Shown: piece by piece, positions 55,019 to 63,733 of the stretch
Position numbering within the stretch: position 1 is the stretch's first letter
Layout: each line of letters opens with the position of its first letter
DNA from: Clostridia bacterium
Lineage (GTDB): Bacteria; Bacillota; Clostridia; Oscillospirales; CAG-272
DNA: 64,000 bases
Assembly: GCA_017463485.1 (NCBI GenBank)
Contig: JAFTPD010000002.1
Coordinates: 65,229 to 129,228 of the forward strand
Direction: 5' to 3'
Position numbers and translations under genes: made by a program
The notes under the pieces: generated by a model
What the model was told of the DNA's origin: nothing
The model's input: only the letters and a program-made list of their open reading frames with translations
The model's database searches: none

Positions 55019-55342
55019 GTTTACTTGTAACAAAGAGATGAGCAAAAATTTTAATTTGACTCAGCCCCTTTGCAAAATTTTAAAGTTTTTATTGCTTGGT
55101 TACTTCTGTCGATACAGAAGTAACATGAAAAATAATTACAATATTTGTTTTACTTTCTGCTTACACGATAACAGACACATAAATAATCAAATTTTTTAAA
55201 AAAGTCGAAAAAAACTATTGACAAGGGAAGATTTGTATGTTATAATAATTTGCCGCTTAAAAAGGGCTTTTTTAAGTGCGTCAAAAATCTTGTGTTTTTG
55301 CGCCGCCCCGTTAGCGAGTCTTAAAGAAACGAGGTGCTTTTC

Positions 55343-55651
55343 ATGTTTGCTGTAATTACTACAGGCGGAAAGCAGTACAAGGTCATTGAGCAGGACATCA
55401 TCTATGTCGAGAAGCTGAATGTTGAAGAGGGCGCAGAGGTTACGTTTGACGTTGTTGCGCTGTCCACCGACGCAGGCTTCAAGGCAGGAACCCCCACAGT
55501 TGCCGGTGCAAAGGTTACCGGTAAGGTGCTTCTCAACGGTAAGGGCAAGAAGGTCTACGTTATGAAGTACAAGTCCAAGAAGAACGAAAAGAAGAAGATG
55601 GGCCACAGACAGCCCTTCACCAAGGTACAGATCACCGCTATCGAGGGCTGA
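55343..55651 (+). CDS. rplU: 50S ribosomal protein L21
   Basis: MFAVITTGGKQYKV. ATG follows GAGGTG. Confidence 0.93.
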   Translation: MFAVITTGGKQYKVIEQDIIYVEKLNVEEGAEVTFDVVALSTDAGFKAGTPTVAGAKVTGKVLLNGKGKKVYVMKYKSKKNEKKKMGHRQPFTKVQITAIEG

Positions 55652-55678
55652 TAAGCTCTATCGGTAAAGGATTCTGTT

Positions 55679-56041
55679 ATGACAAGGATCACTTTTTTTC
55701 GAAGCGACGGAATTTTCTACGGGTTTGAGGAAAAGGGACATACGGGATACGGCGAGGAGGGCGGCGACGTTCTTTGTGCGGCGATCTCAGCTATGACTAT
55801 GTTTCTCATAAATACCGTCGAGGTCGCCTATGCATCTCGCATTGAGTATGAGATAGACGACAACACAACAACGGTGCGAGTCAAGTGCAAATCGGCACTC
55901 CCCGAATTTGAGGAGGACGATATGAAGCGCTACGCCGTGTCGGGAATCTTTCTGGGATATTACCAGCAGCTTACCGATATGCTCGAGGAGTATGAGGATT
56001 ATCTCGACGTCAAGGTCGTAAACCGCGACTACGACGAATAA
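55679..56041 (+). CDS. prp: ribosomal-processing cysteine protease Prp
   Basis: GHTGYGEEGGDVLCAAISA dyad motif. Conserved position between rplU and rpmA. Confidence 0.88.
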   Translation: MTRITFFRSDGIFYGFEEKGHTGYGEEGGDVLCAAISAMTMFLINTVEVAYASRIEYEIDDNTTTVRVKCKSALPEFEEDDMKRYAVSGIFLGYYQQLTDMLEEYEDYLDVKVVNRDYDE

Positions 56042-56119
56042 TTCGCACAAATTCCGCCAAAGACGCCCGACAAAGCGGGCAACTCAAAAATTCAAAACGG
56101 ATAATTTGGAGGTAGAAAG

Positions 56120-56401
56120 ATGTTAAAGCTCAGTTTGCAGTTTTTTGCTCACAAAAAGGGTGTAGGTTCTACTAAGAACGGCCGTGACAGCGAGTCCAAG
56201 CGTTTGGGCGTTAAGAAGGCTGACGGTCAGGCAGTAGTAGCCGGCAACATTATCGTACGTCAGAGAGGAACGGCTATCCGCCCCGGCAACAACGTTGGCA
56301 TGGGTAAGGATCACACTCTGTTCGCTCTTATCGACGGTAAGGTAAAGTTTGAGCATGCAACGAGAACACAGAAGAGAGTAAGCGTTTACGCTGCTGAGTA
56401 A
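56120..56401 (+). CDS. rpmA: 50S ribosomal protein L27 (with Prp-cleaved N-terminal extension)
   Basis: [32 protein letters not shown]. The nine-residue propeptide is typical of Firmicutes. Confidence 0.93.
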   Translation: MLKLSLQFFAHKKGVGSTKNGRDSESKRLGVKKADGQAVVAGNIIVRQRGTAIRPGNNVGMGKDHTLFALIDGKVKFEHATRTQKRVSVYAAE

Positions 56402-56415
56402 TCTGTGAAAAGTAT

Positions 56416-56459
56416 AAGCGGCGGTAGTCCGAAAGGATCACCGCCGCTTATTCTTTTTT
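56416..56459 (+). terminator. rpmA terminator
   Basis: AAGCGGCGGT-(14 nt)-ACCGCCGCTT plus a T-run. Confidence 0.75.
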
Positions 56460-56469
56460 GTGCTGTCAT

Positions 56470-56548
56470 GTCATCCTGAGCGAAGCACCGCCGATATGAT
56501 GCGGTGCGTAGTCGAACCCGTAGGGCGAGGCGAAGCCTCGGGATCTTT
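56470..56548. repeat. REP-like hairpin cluster (GTCATCCTGAGCGAAG type)
   Basis: GTCATCCTGAGCGAAG, then hairpins GCACCGC...GCGGTGC and CGAGGcgaagCCTCG. This sequence class recurs in the intergenic DNA of many bacteria. Single copy in this window. Confidence 0.35.
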
Positions 56549-56565
56549 GGACAGCGTAATAGGTT

Positions 56566-57519
56566 TTACAGCGAAAATAGCTTAATTATTTTGATAGCAC
56601 TCGAATCTCCGTCGGGAGCGGCGGAGTCGGGATAGTCGCCAACCTCACCGAGGGCATAAAACTCGCCGCCGCGCTCCGAGTCGTAGAGCCGCACGCGAGT
56701 GCCGAGCGGAAATGACGTGCCTATCTTTTTCTGATATATCACGCATCCGCTTCGTGAAATCCTTGTGTAAAAGGGCGGTGGAGTAACCGTCGCATGATCG
56801 GAGAACAGTGATTCGACGGGTAAAAGCAGGGCATCAAGCGCCGCCGTATCTAAAGTCGATAGCTGTTCAAGCGTATAGCATTTTTCAATAGGGAATCCGC
56901 CCGTTTCGGTGCGGCGTAGGCTTGCCATAGCACCGCCGACTCCGAGCGCCACGCCAATGTCAGCGCACAGTGTGCGTATGTATGTTCCGCCCGAGCAGCG
57001 CACGCGGAGGGTATAATCCGTGGGAGTGCCCGTCGGCGTCGCTTCAATATCAAAAACGGTTATTCTGCGCGCTCTGCGCTCAACCGTCTGACCCTTGCGC
57101 GCGAGATCGCACAGCTTTTGTCCGCCTACCTTCAAGGCGCTATACATTGGAGGAACTTGATATGTGTCGCCCTTGAATCGTTCAACTGCTTCAATGACTT
57201 TTGGGTAGCTCGGAATATCTGCCTGGGGGGACTGCACGAGTATATTTCCGCTTGTGTCCTCGGTGTCGGTAATGATGCCAAGACGCAGAGTGGCAATATA
57301 CTCCTTTTCGTCGTGAGCGAGATACTCGCACGCCTTTGCCGCACGTCCCACAAGCACCACGAGAACACCCGTTGCCATAGGGTCAAGCGTGCCCGTGTGT
57401 CCAACACGGCGGGTATTGTATAGCTTTCGTACCTTGTAAATAACGTCGTGCGAGGTCATTCCTGCAGGCTTGTCCACAAGCAGAACGCCGCAGGGCTCAC
57501 AAATTTCACCGTTGTTCAT
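56566..57519 (-). CDS. truB: tRNA pseudouridine(55) synthase
   Basis: LLVDKPAGMTSHDV, GHTGTLDPMATGVL catalytic Asp motif. Confidence 0.9.
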   Translation of the reverse strand: MNNGEICEPCGVLLVDKPAGMTSHDVIYKVRKLYNTRRVGHTGTLDPMATGVLVVLVGRAAKACEYLAHDEKEYIATLRLGIITDTEDTSGNILVQSPQADIPSYPKVIEAVERFKGDTYQVPPMYSALKVGGQKLCDLARKGQTVERRARRITVFDIEATPTGTPTDYTLRVRCSGGTYIRTLCADIGVALGVGGAMASLRRTETGGFPIEKCYTLEQLSTLDTAALDALLLPVESLFSDHATVTPPPFYTRISRSGCVIYQKKIGTSFPLGTRVRLYDSERGGEFYALGEVGDYPDSAAPDGDSSAIKIIKLFSL

Positions 57520-58331
57520 TCAAATACCTTTCCGAGCAAACGCTCCGCGTTCTTGTAAAAGATGCCCTCCCGCAAGCCGTCGGATATGCTCGCCCGATTT
57601 ATAAATTCAATTTCCTCGCTCGGCTGAGTCCACGGAGTATCCGTGCCGAATAACAGTCTGGCGTGATCGTGATTATTGAATATCTTACATATAATTTCCG
57701 CTTTTTGCGGACGCAGAGAAACAAGGGATGTGTCGAGGTACAGATCCTCTCCGACCAGCTTCTCCAAAACCTCCTCCTCACTGCCCACGCCGCCCACGTG
57801 CGCAGCTATGAATTTAAGCCCCTTATGACGCTTGATAACGTTCAGTATCATGTCGGGCGTCGCGTGGTAGTGATCGGGGGATATAGGGTCATAGCCCGTG
57901 TGGGAAATTACGAAAAGTCCCGCGTCGCGGCATATATCAAATATTCTGTCAAACGAAGGCGAATCAAGATGAGTGCGGATATAGTCGGGATGAATTTTTA
58001 TGCCCTTGATGCCGCTGTCGCAGAGTCGCGCAGCCTCGCCCTCAAGCTCCTCGCCTTCGGGGTGGAGCGATCCGAGAGGTATAAGGCGCGGATGAGTCGA
58101 AAGAAGGGAGATCGCAAAGTCGTTGACCTTGTGCATCTGCCTCGGGTTTGTGGCAATATTGCAAACTACCGAGTAGTCGATTCCAAACTCGTCCATTGAA
58201 CGGATGAGATCACCCGCCGTACCGTCGGTGTGTGCCGTAAGATTGGCATGTCTTGCGTTGAGATTTAACTGCTCCATAGCGCGCGGCGCAAGCGCGTCAG
58301 GGAAGCAGTGAGTGTGAAAATCTATGGTCAT
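57516..58331 (-). CDS. amidohydrolase-2 / TIM-barrel metal-dependent hydrolase
   Basis: MTIDFHTHCFP HxH motif. 4-nt overlap with the truB start. Start at the Met after AAAGGA. Confidence 0.75.
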   Translation of the reverse strand: MTIDFHTHCFPDALAPRAMEQLNLNARHANLTAHTDGTAGDLIRSMDEFGIDYSVVCNIATNPRQMHKVNDFAISLLSTHPRLIPLGSLHPEGEELEGEAARLCDSGIKGIKIHPDYIRTHLDSPSFDRIFDICRDAGLFVISHTGYDPISPDHYHATPDMILNVIKRHKGLKFIAAHVGGVGSEEEVLEKLVGEDLYLDTSLVSLRPQKAEIICKIFNNHDHARLLFGTDTPWTQPSEEIEFINRASISDGLREGIFYKNAERLLGKVFE

Positions 58332-58515
58332 GGTAAAAGTCCTTTCGATGAATAAGACGCAAAAATACATCTACAATATATTATGATACCACAACTTGAT
58401 AATTATTTCAAGTGCAGAGTGAGCAAAAGTTGAAAAAAAGCGATTTTTCCGTCCCGTTGCTTACGCGCACGCGCGCGTATTCAAAAAATATTTACATAAG
58501 TAATATATAACTCAG

Positions 58516-58544
58516 TTGACAAAATCTTGATTTTGTGTTATCAT
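58516..58544 (+). promoter_or_regulatory. promoter of the decarboxylase operon
   Basis: TTGACA (58516-58521), 17 nt, TGtTATCAT extended -10 (58536-58544). Confidence 0.55.
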
Positions 58545-58605
58545 TTATAGTAAATTGGGGTAGAAGGTTTATATTGCGCAAAAGGCGGAAAAATTCGCTT
58601 TTTCG

Positions 58606-58639
58606 CGCCTTCACCGCACAAGACTTGAAGGCGTTTTTT
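58606..58639 (+). terminator. intrinsic terminator inside the operon leader (attenuator candidate)
   Basis: CGCCTTCA-(12 nt)-TGAAGGCG plus TTTTTT, 45 nt before ATG 58684 and downstream of the promoter. No plus-strand gene ends here. Confidence 0.55.
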
Positions 58640-58683
58640 GACCTCAAATTGCGCCAACGGGAAAGGAAAGGGTAATTAACAGT

Positions 58684-60012
58684 ATGGCTAACAAGGAAAC
58701 CAAAGGGTACGAAAAGATCGTATCTCTGTTCGAGCCGGGGACGTTTGTTGAGCTTGGCGCTCATCTTCGCCGCCGCGATGCAAACGGGGATGCAGGCGAG
58801 TACGACGCAGTGATCTGCGGCTACGGCGCTATCAATTCAAAGCTTACCTTCGCTTTCGTTCAGGATATGAGTCGCACGAGCGGCGCACTTGACGATATCG
58901 GAGCGGAGAAGATCAGACGTCTGTACGAGCAGGCGATAAATAACGGCGCACCCGTCGTTGGAGTGTTCGACAGCGCGGGAGCTTCCGTGTATGACGGCAC
59001 AGCGGCGCTTGCGGCTTACGGAAAGGTAATGAAGTGCGTGTCCGACGCTTCAGGCGTAGTTCCGCAGATCGCGTATATCACGGGCGTTTGCTCCGGTGTT
59101 TCCGCTATGATCGCGGCAATGTTCGATATCACCGTCACCGTTGACGGCGTGTCCGAGCTTTACGTCAATACGGGATGCGAGCTTGATATTCCCGCAGTTG
59201 CGACTTCAGACGAGGCTGACGGCGCGGCGAAGGTGCGCGCTCTCGTTGATATCCTTCCGCAGAACAATAAGAGCGTTGCGGACGTAGCACCGCTTGATGA
59301 CCCTGCGAGAGCTTGCAATATAAGCGGTCTTTCAGGACTTGACCTCGTAGCGGCTATCGCTGACGGCGGCTCTGTTACTCAGCTTTATGCAAACGACGCC
59401 GACGGAGTTGTCACTGCTCTTTGCCATATCGGCGGCAGACTTGCAGGCGTTGTCGCGACCGACGCAAAGGTAGACGGCGGCAGAATTACCTCAGCAGGTG
59501 CTAAGCAGGCGGCAAGACTTGTAAAGTTCTGCGACAGCTTCAATATCCCCGTAGTAACTCTGGTTGACAGCCTTGGCGTTGCCGAGGGTGATGACGAGGA
59601 GCTTGCAACGGCAGGCGCAAGACTCGGCGCGCTTTACCTCAAGGCTACTACCGCAAAGGTAACGGCGATAACGGGTAAGGCGTTCGGAGCGTCCTTCCTG
59701 CTTCTCGGCTCTCGCGCACTTGGCGCAGACCTTGCAATAGCAGTAAACGGTGCTCAGATGGGTGCTATGACCCCCGACCGCGCAGTTGCATTCGTTTGGA
59801 ACGATAAGATCACCGCTGATAAGTCCCGTGCCGAGGTTGAGGCAGAGTGGACTGAAAAGTACGCATCTGCCGAGGCGGCTGCGGCAAACGGTGATATCGA
59901 CGATATCGTAGCCCCCGAGGAGCTTCGCGCAAGAATCTGCTCAGCACTTTATATGCTTTCCGCAAAGGCAGATACGACTCCCGCAAAGAAGCATCTGAGC
60001 ATGCCCCTTTGA
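58684..60012 (+). CDS. acyl-CoA carboxyltransferase domain protein (divergent PccB/MmdA-like, 442 aa)
   Basis: Collinear with carboxyltransferase 12S-type subunits (TFVELG..GYGAI..FVQDMSRTSGAL..PVVGVFDSAGASVYDG..PQIAYITGVCSG). Shorter and more diverged than canonical members. Confidence 0.7.
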   Translation: MANKETKGYEKIVSLFEPGTFVELGAHLRRRDANGDAGEYDAVICGYGAINSKLTFAFVQDMSRTSGALDDIGAEKIRRLYEQAINNGAPVVGVFDSAGASVYDGTAALAAYGKVMKCVSDASGVVPQIAYITGVCSGVSAMIAAMFDITVTVDGVSELYVNTGCELDIPAVATSDEADGAAKVRALVDILPQNNKSVADVAPLDDPARACNISGLSGLDLVAAIADGGSVTQLYANDADGVVTALCHIGGRLAGVVATDAKVDGGRITSAGAKQAARLVKFCDSFNIPVVTLVDSLGVAEGDDEELATAGARLGALYLKATTAKVTAITGKAFGASFLLLGSRALGADLAIAVNGAQMGAMTPDRAVAFVWNDKITADKSRAEVEAEWTEKYASAEAAAANGDIDDIVAPEELRARICSALYMLSAKADTTPAKKHLSMPL

Positions 60013-60028
60013 TATACAGGAGGCTAAA

Positions 60029-60538
60029 ATGAAAAAAATTCGTATATTTGCCTTGATGCTTGCAGTGCTTGTCACTCTTGTCACTATGACGGTGTGCGCA
60101 GGCGCGGAAGAGGTCGCTACCTCAGCTGTGACAGAGGCAGAAACAAGACTTGGCGACCTTAGCGGCGCGGATCTTACCTTCGCGGAAAGAGTTCCGTACG
60201 CCGTGCAGGGAGTGGTAACGGGAATGCTCATGGTCTTTGCCGTGCTTACTCTGCTCGCCATTCTTATCTCGCTGTCAAAGTATGTTTTTGCCCCCGCGCA
60301 AGCTAAAAAAGAAGAACCCGTAGCTCAGATGAGCGAAGCACCGGCGCCCGCTCCTCAAAAGAGTGCGCCCGCACCCGCTCCCGTCGCACAAGGCTCGGAT
60401 GACGAGCTTGTTGCAGTTTTAACTGCGGCTGTAGCTGCTATGCTTGAGGGCAGTGAATACCGAAGTGAATTTTCAAGCGGATTCCGTGTAGTTTCCTTCC
60501 ATAGGGTACAGGGAAGCGGCGCTTGGAATAAAAATTGA
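60029..60538 (+). CDS. OadG-like decarboxylase gamma subunit
   Basis: TM helix GMLMVFAVLTLLAILISL, Ala/Pro linker, and C-terminal DDELVAVLTAAVAAML typical of OadG. There is an extra N-terminal hydrophobic segment. Confidence 0.65.
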   Translation: MKKIRIFALMLAVLVTLVTMTVCAGAEEVATSAVTEAETRLGDLSGADLTFAERVPYAVQGVVTGMLMVFAVLTLLAILISLSKYVFAPAQAKKEEPVAQMSEAPAPAPQKSAPAPAPVAQGSDDELVAVLTAAVAAMLEGSEYRSEFSSGFRVVSFHRVQGSGAWNKN

Positions 60539-60568
60539 TATTTAAAACTTGAAAGGTTGGTATTTGAA

Positions 60569-60985
60569 ATGAGAAGATTTAATATAACCGTGAACGGTGT
60601 CACTTATAACGTAGCAGTAGAAGAGGTAGGCGGCGCAGCTCCCGTAGCAGCACCTGCTCCCGTAGTACAGGCAGCTTCCGTAGCTGCACCCGCTCCTGCA
60701 GCGGCACCCGCACCTGCTGCAGCTCCTGCACCCGCAGCAGCACCCGCACCTGCTCCCGCAGGTAACGCAGGCGCAGTAAGCGTAAAGGCTCCCATGCCCG
60801 GCACTATCGTAAAGGTAAACGTATCCGCAGGCGCAGCAGTAAAGAAGGGCGACGTTCTTTGCGTGCTTGAGGCTATGAAGATGGAAAATGACATTTGCGC
60901 TCCCGAGGACGGCACGGTAGCCACCGTAAACGTACAGACAGGCGCATCCGTTCAGACAGACGAAGTGCTCGTAACTCTCAACTGA
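60569..60985 (+). CDS. biotin carboxyl carrier protein (biotinyl domain)
   Basis: CVLEAMKMEN biotinylation motif and an Ala/Pro-rich linker. Start at ATG 60569. Confidence 0.85.
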   Translation: MRRFNITVNGVTYNVAVEEVGGAAPVAAPAPVVQAASVAAPAPAAAPAPAAAPAPAAAPAPAPAGNAGAVSVKAPMPGTIVKVNVSAGAAVKKGDVLCVLEAMKMENDICAPEDGTVATVNVQTGASVQTDEVLVTLN

Positions 60986-61028
60986 TGGGGTATTCCTATT
61001 CACGGTTTAACGAAAGGAATATTCTGCA

Positions 61029-62231
61029 ATGTGGAACAGCATACTTGAAACTATAAAGAACTTTTTGCAAAGTATGGGAATCACCAAGCTCATGAACGAC
61101 GAAAATTGGTGGCAGTATCTCGTAATGTACGCTATCGCGGGAATTCTCATCTACCTTGCAATCGCAAAGCAATTCGAGCCGCTTCTGCTTTTGCCTATCG
61201 CTATCGGAATGCTCCTGACTAACCTTCCGGGCGCAGGACTTTTCCACTTTGATATGTGGATGGGTGACAGTAGCATGACGGTGCTTGAATCACTGCAAAT
61301 GGTGATAAATAAGGGCGGATTTCTCGATCTCCTTTACATTGGCGTAAAGCTTGGTATCTATCCCTGCCTTATATTCGTAGGTATCGGTGCTATGACCGAC
61401 TTTACACCTCTTATCGCGAACCCCAAGTATTTTCTTATCGGCGCGGGCGCACAGCTCGGCGTAGTAGTAGCATTTGCGGCGGCGTTCATGTCGGGACTTT
61501 ATACGCTTGGTGAGGCGGCATCTATCGGTATTATCGGTGGTGCTGACGGACCTACGGCGATACTCGTTACCAAAACGCTCGGTCCCGCACTGCTCGGTGC
61601 TATTGCAATCGCGGCGTATAGCTACATGGCGCTTATCCCCATGATACAGCCTCCCTTTATGAAGCTGCTTACAACTAAGAAGGAAAGATGCATCAGAATG
61701 GATCAGCTTCGTCCCGTATCGCATACCGAGAAGCTGCTTTTCCCGATTATCGTAACCGTTGTCGTAGGACTTATCGTTCCCGACGCGCTTGCCCTTATCG
61801 GTTGCCTTATGTTCGGTAATCTGCTCAACGTTTGCGGAGTTACCGACAGACTTTCCAAGACCGCACAGAATGAAATGATGAACATAGTCACAATATTCCT
61901 CGGTATCAGCGTGGGAGCAACGGCAAGCGCCGAAAACTTCCTCAGCCTCCAGACCGTAGTAATTATTGCGTGCGGACTCGTAGCGTTCTGCATCTCTACC
62001 GTCGGCGGACTGCTTACCGCAAAGGTAATGAACTGGCTGTCGGGCGGAAAGATCAATCCGCTTATCGGCTCTGCGGGCGTTTCCGCAGTACCTATGGCGG
62101 CTCGCGTATCTCAGGTGGTAGGTCAGAAGGAGGATCCCTCCAACTTCCTGCTTATGCACGCAATGGGTCCCAACGTAGCAGGCGTTATCGGCTCAGCCGT
62201 AGCCGCGGGTGTTTTCCTCTCGTGGCTCTGA
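61029..62231 (+). CDS. Na+-translocating decarboxylase beta subunit
   Basis: About 400-aa polytopic membrane protein with GADGPTAI, PMIQPP and IGSAGVSAVPMAARV motifs of the OadB/MmdB/GcdB family. Confidence 0.85.
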   Translation: MWNSILETIKNFLQSMGITKLMNDENWWQYLVMYAIAGILIYLAIAKQFEPLLLLPIAIGMLLTNLPGAGLFHFDMWMGDSSMTVLESLQMVINKGGFLDLLYIGVKLGIYPCLIFVGIGAMTDFTPLIANPKYFLIGAGAQLGVVVAFAAAFMSGLYTLGEAASIGIIGGADGPTAILVTKTLGPALLGAIAIAAYSYMALIPMIQPPFMKLLTTKKERCIRMDQLRPVSHTEKLLFPIIVTVVVGLIVPDALALIGCLMFGNLLNVCGVTDRLSKTAQNEMMNIVTIFLGISVGATASAENFLSLQTVVIIACGLVAFCISTVGGLLTAKVMNWLSGGKINPLIGSAGVSAVPMAARVSQVVGQKEDPSNFLLMHAMGPNVAGVIGSAVAAGVFLSWL

Positions 62232-62259
62232 TAAATAACCTTTAGGAGTGAGTATAACA

Positions 62260-63660
62260 ATGGGAAAAGTAAAAATTACAGAAACAGTGCTTCGTGACTC
62301 ACATCAGTCACTTATCGCGACCCGAATGACTACGGATGAGATGCTTCCCATCCTTGCCGAAATGGATAAGGTAGGATATCATTCTCTCGAGGCGTGGGGA
62401 GGAGCGACCTTCGACTCCTGCATGCGCTTCCTTAACGAAGACCCGTGGGAGCGTCTGCGTAAAATAAGAGCCGAGGTAAAGAATACCAAGCTCCAGATGC
62501 TCTTCCGCGGACAGAACATTCTCGGCTACCGCCACTATTCGGATGACGTGGTTGAGTATTTCGTTCAGAAATCTATCGCTAACGGTATTGATATTCTGCG
62601 TATATTCGACGCGCTCAACGATCCCCGCAACCTCAAAACGGCAATCAATGCCACCATCAAGGAGGGCGGACACGTTCAGGCGGCTGTCAGCTATACCACA
62701 GGTCCCGTATTTACCACCGAGTATTACACCACCTACGCAAAGCAGCTTGAGGAAATGGGTGCTAACTCCATTTGTATCAAGGATATGGCGGGACTTCTCA
62801 AGCCCTACGACGCATACGAGCTCGTAAAGGCTATGAAGGAAACGGTGAAGATACCGATCCAGCTCCATACCCACTATACCTCGGGACTTGCTTCTATGAC
62901 CTTGCTCAAAGCTATTGAGGCAGGCGTTGACGTTGTTGATACCGCGATCTCGCCCATGGCACTCGGTACGTCACAGCCTCCCACCGAGGCACTCGTAGCA
63001 ACGCTCGCAGGCACGGAGTACGATACCGGCATCACCCTCGAATCTCTTGATAGAATTACGAAATATTTCACACCTCTGCGCGAAAAGTATCTTGAGAGCG
63101 GTCTTATGAATACCAAGGCGCTCAAGGTAGACGTAAACGCGCTTATCTACCAAGTTCCCGGCGGAATGCTTTCCAACCTTATGTCCCAGCTCAAGCAGGC
63201 TGGTAAGGAGGATAAGCTGACCGAAGTGCTTGAAGAAGTGCCGAGAGTGCGCGCAGACGTTGGATATCCTCCGCTGGTAACGCCCTCATCGCAGATCGTC
63301 GGAACGCAGGCTGTGTTCAACGTTCTCAACGGCGAGAGATACAAGATGGTTACCAAGGAATTTAAGGGAATCGTAAGAGGCGAATACGGTAAAGCGGCAG
63401 TTCCGATCGACCCTGAATTCGTAAAGAAGATCATTGGCGACGAACAGCCCATAACCTACCGTCCCGCAGATGCGCTTGAGCCCGAGATCGAAAAGCTCCG
63501 TGCGGCTATCCCCGCAGGACTTATCGAGCAGGAGGAGGACGTATTGTCCTACGCGCTGTTCGAGCAGGTGGCGCTCAAATTCTTTGAGTATCGCAAGGCG
63601 CAGAAATATAATCTGGACGCACAGCACGCAAACGCGGCGTCGGGCGTTCATACTATCTGA
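62260..63660 (+). CDS. oxaloacetate decarboxylase alpha / transcarboxylase 5S-type carboxyltransferase (no biotinyl domain)
   Basis: KITETVLRDSHQSL, KDMAGLL, HTHYTSG motifs. Ends without a biotin-attachment domain. Confidence 0.85.
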   Translation: MGKVKITETVLRDSHQSLIATRMTTDEMLPILAEMDKVGYHSLEAWGGATFDSCMRFLNEDPWERLRKIRAEVKNTKLQMLFRGQNILGYRHYSDDVVEYFVQKSIANGIDILRIFDALNDPRNLKTAINATIKEGGHVQAAVSYTTGPVFTTEYYTTYAKQLEEMGANSICIKDMAGLLKPYDAYELVKAMKETVKIPIQLHTHYTSGLASMTLLKAIEAGVDVVDTAISPMALGTSQPPTEALVATLAGTEYDTGITLESLDRITKYFTPLREKYLESGLMNTKALKVDVNALIYQVPGGMLSNLMSQLKQAGKEDKLTEVLEEVPRVRADVGYPPLVTPSSQIVGTQAVFNVLNGERYKMVTKEFKGIVRGEYGKAAVPIDPEFVKKIIGDEQPITYRPADALEPEIEKLRAAIPAGLIEQEEDVLSYALFEQVALKFFEYRKAQKYNLDAQHANAASGVHTI

Positions 63661-63668
63661 TACAAACG

Positions 63669-63696
63669 GTGCGATACTGCTTTTGCGGTATCGCAC
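63669..63696 (+). terminator. operon terminator hairpin
   Basis: GTGCGATAC-(10 nt)-GTATCGCAC after the stop at 63660. Weak T-tract. Confidence 0.45.
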
Positions 63697-63733
63697 TGCG
63701 TTTAAGTCCGATTTTGTCGGGAAAGAGGAGAAT

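Noticed and set aside
60542-61003. Cys/Gly/Ala-rich minus-strand ORFs (153 aa, 106 aa)
   Set aside because: Low-complexity translation of the reverse complement of the Ala/Pro linker of the biotin carrier protein; not independent genes.
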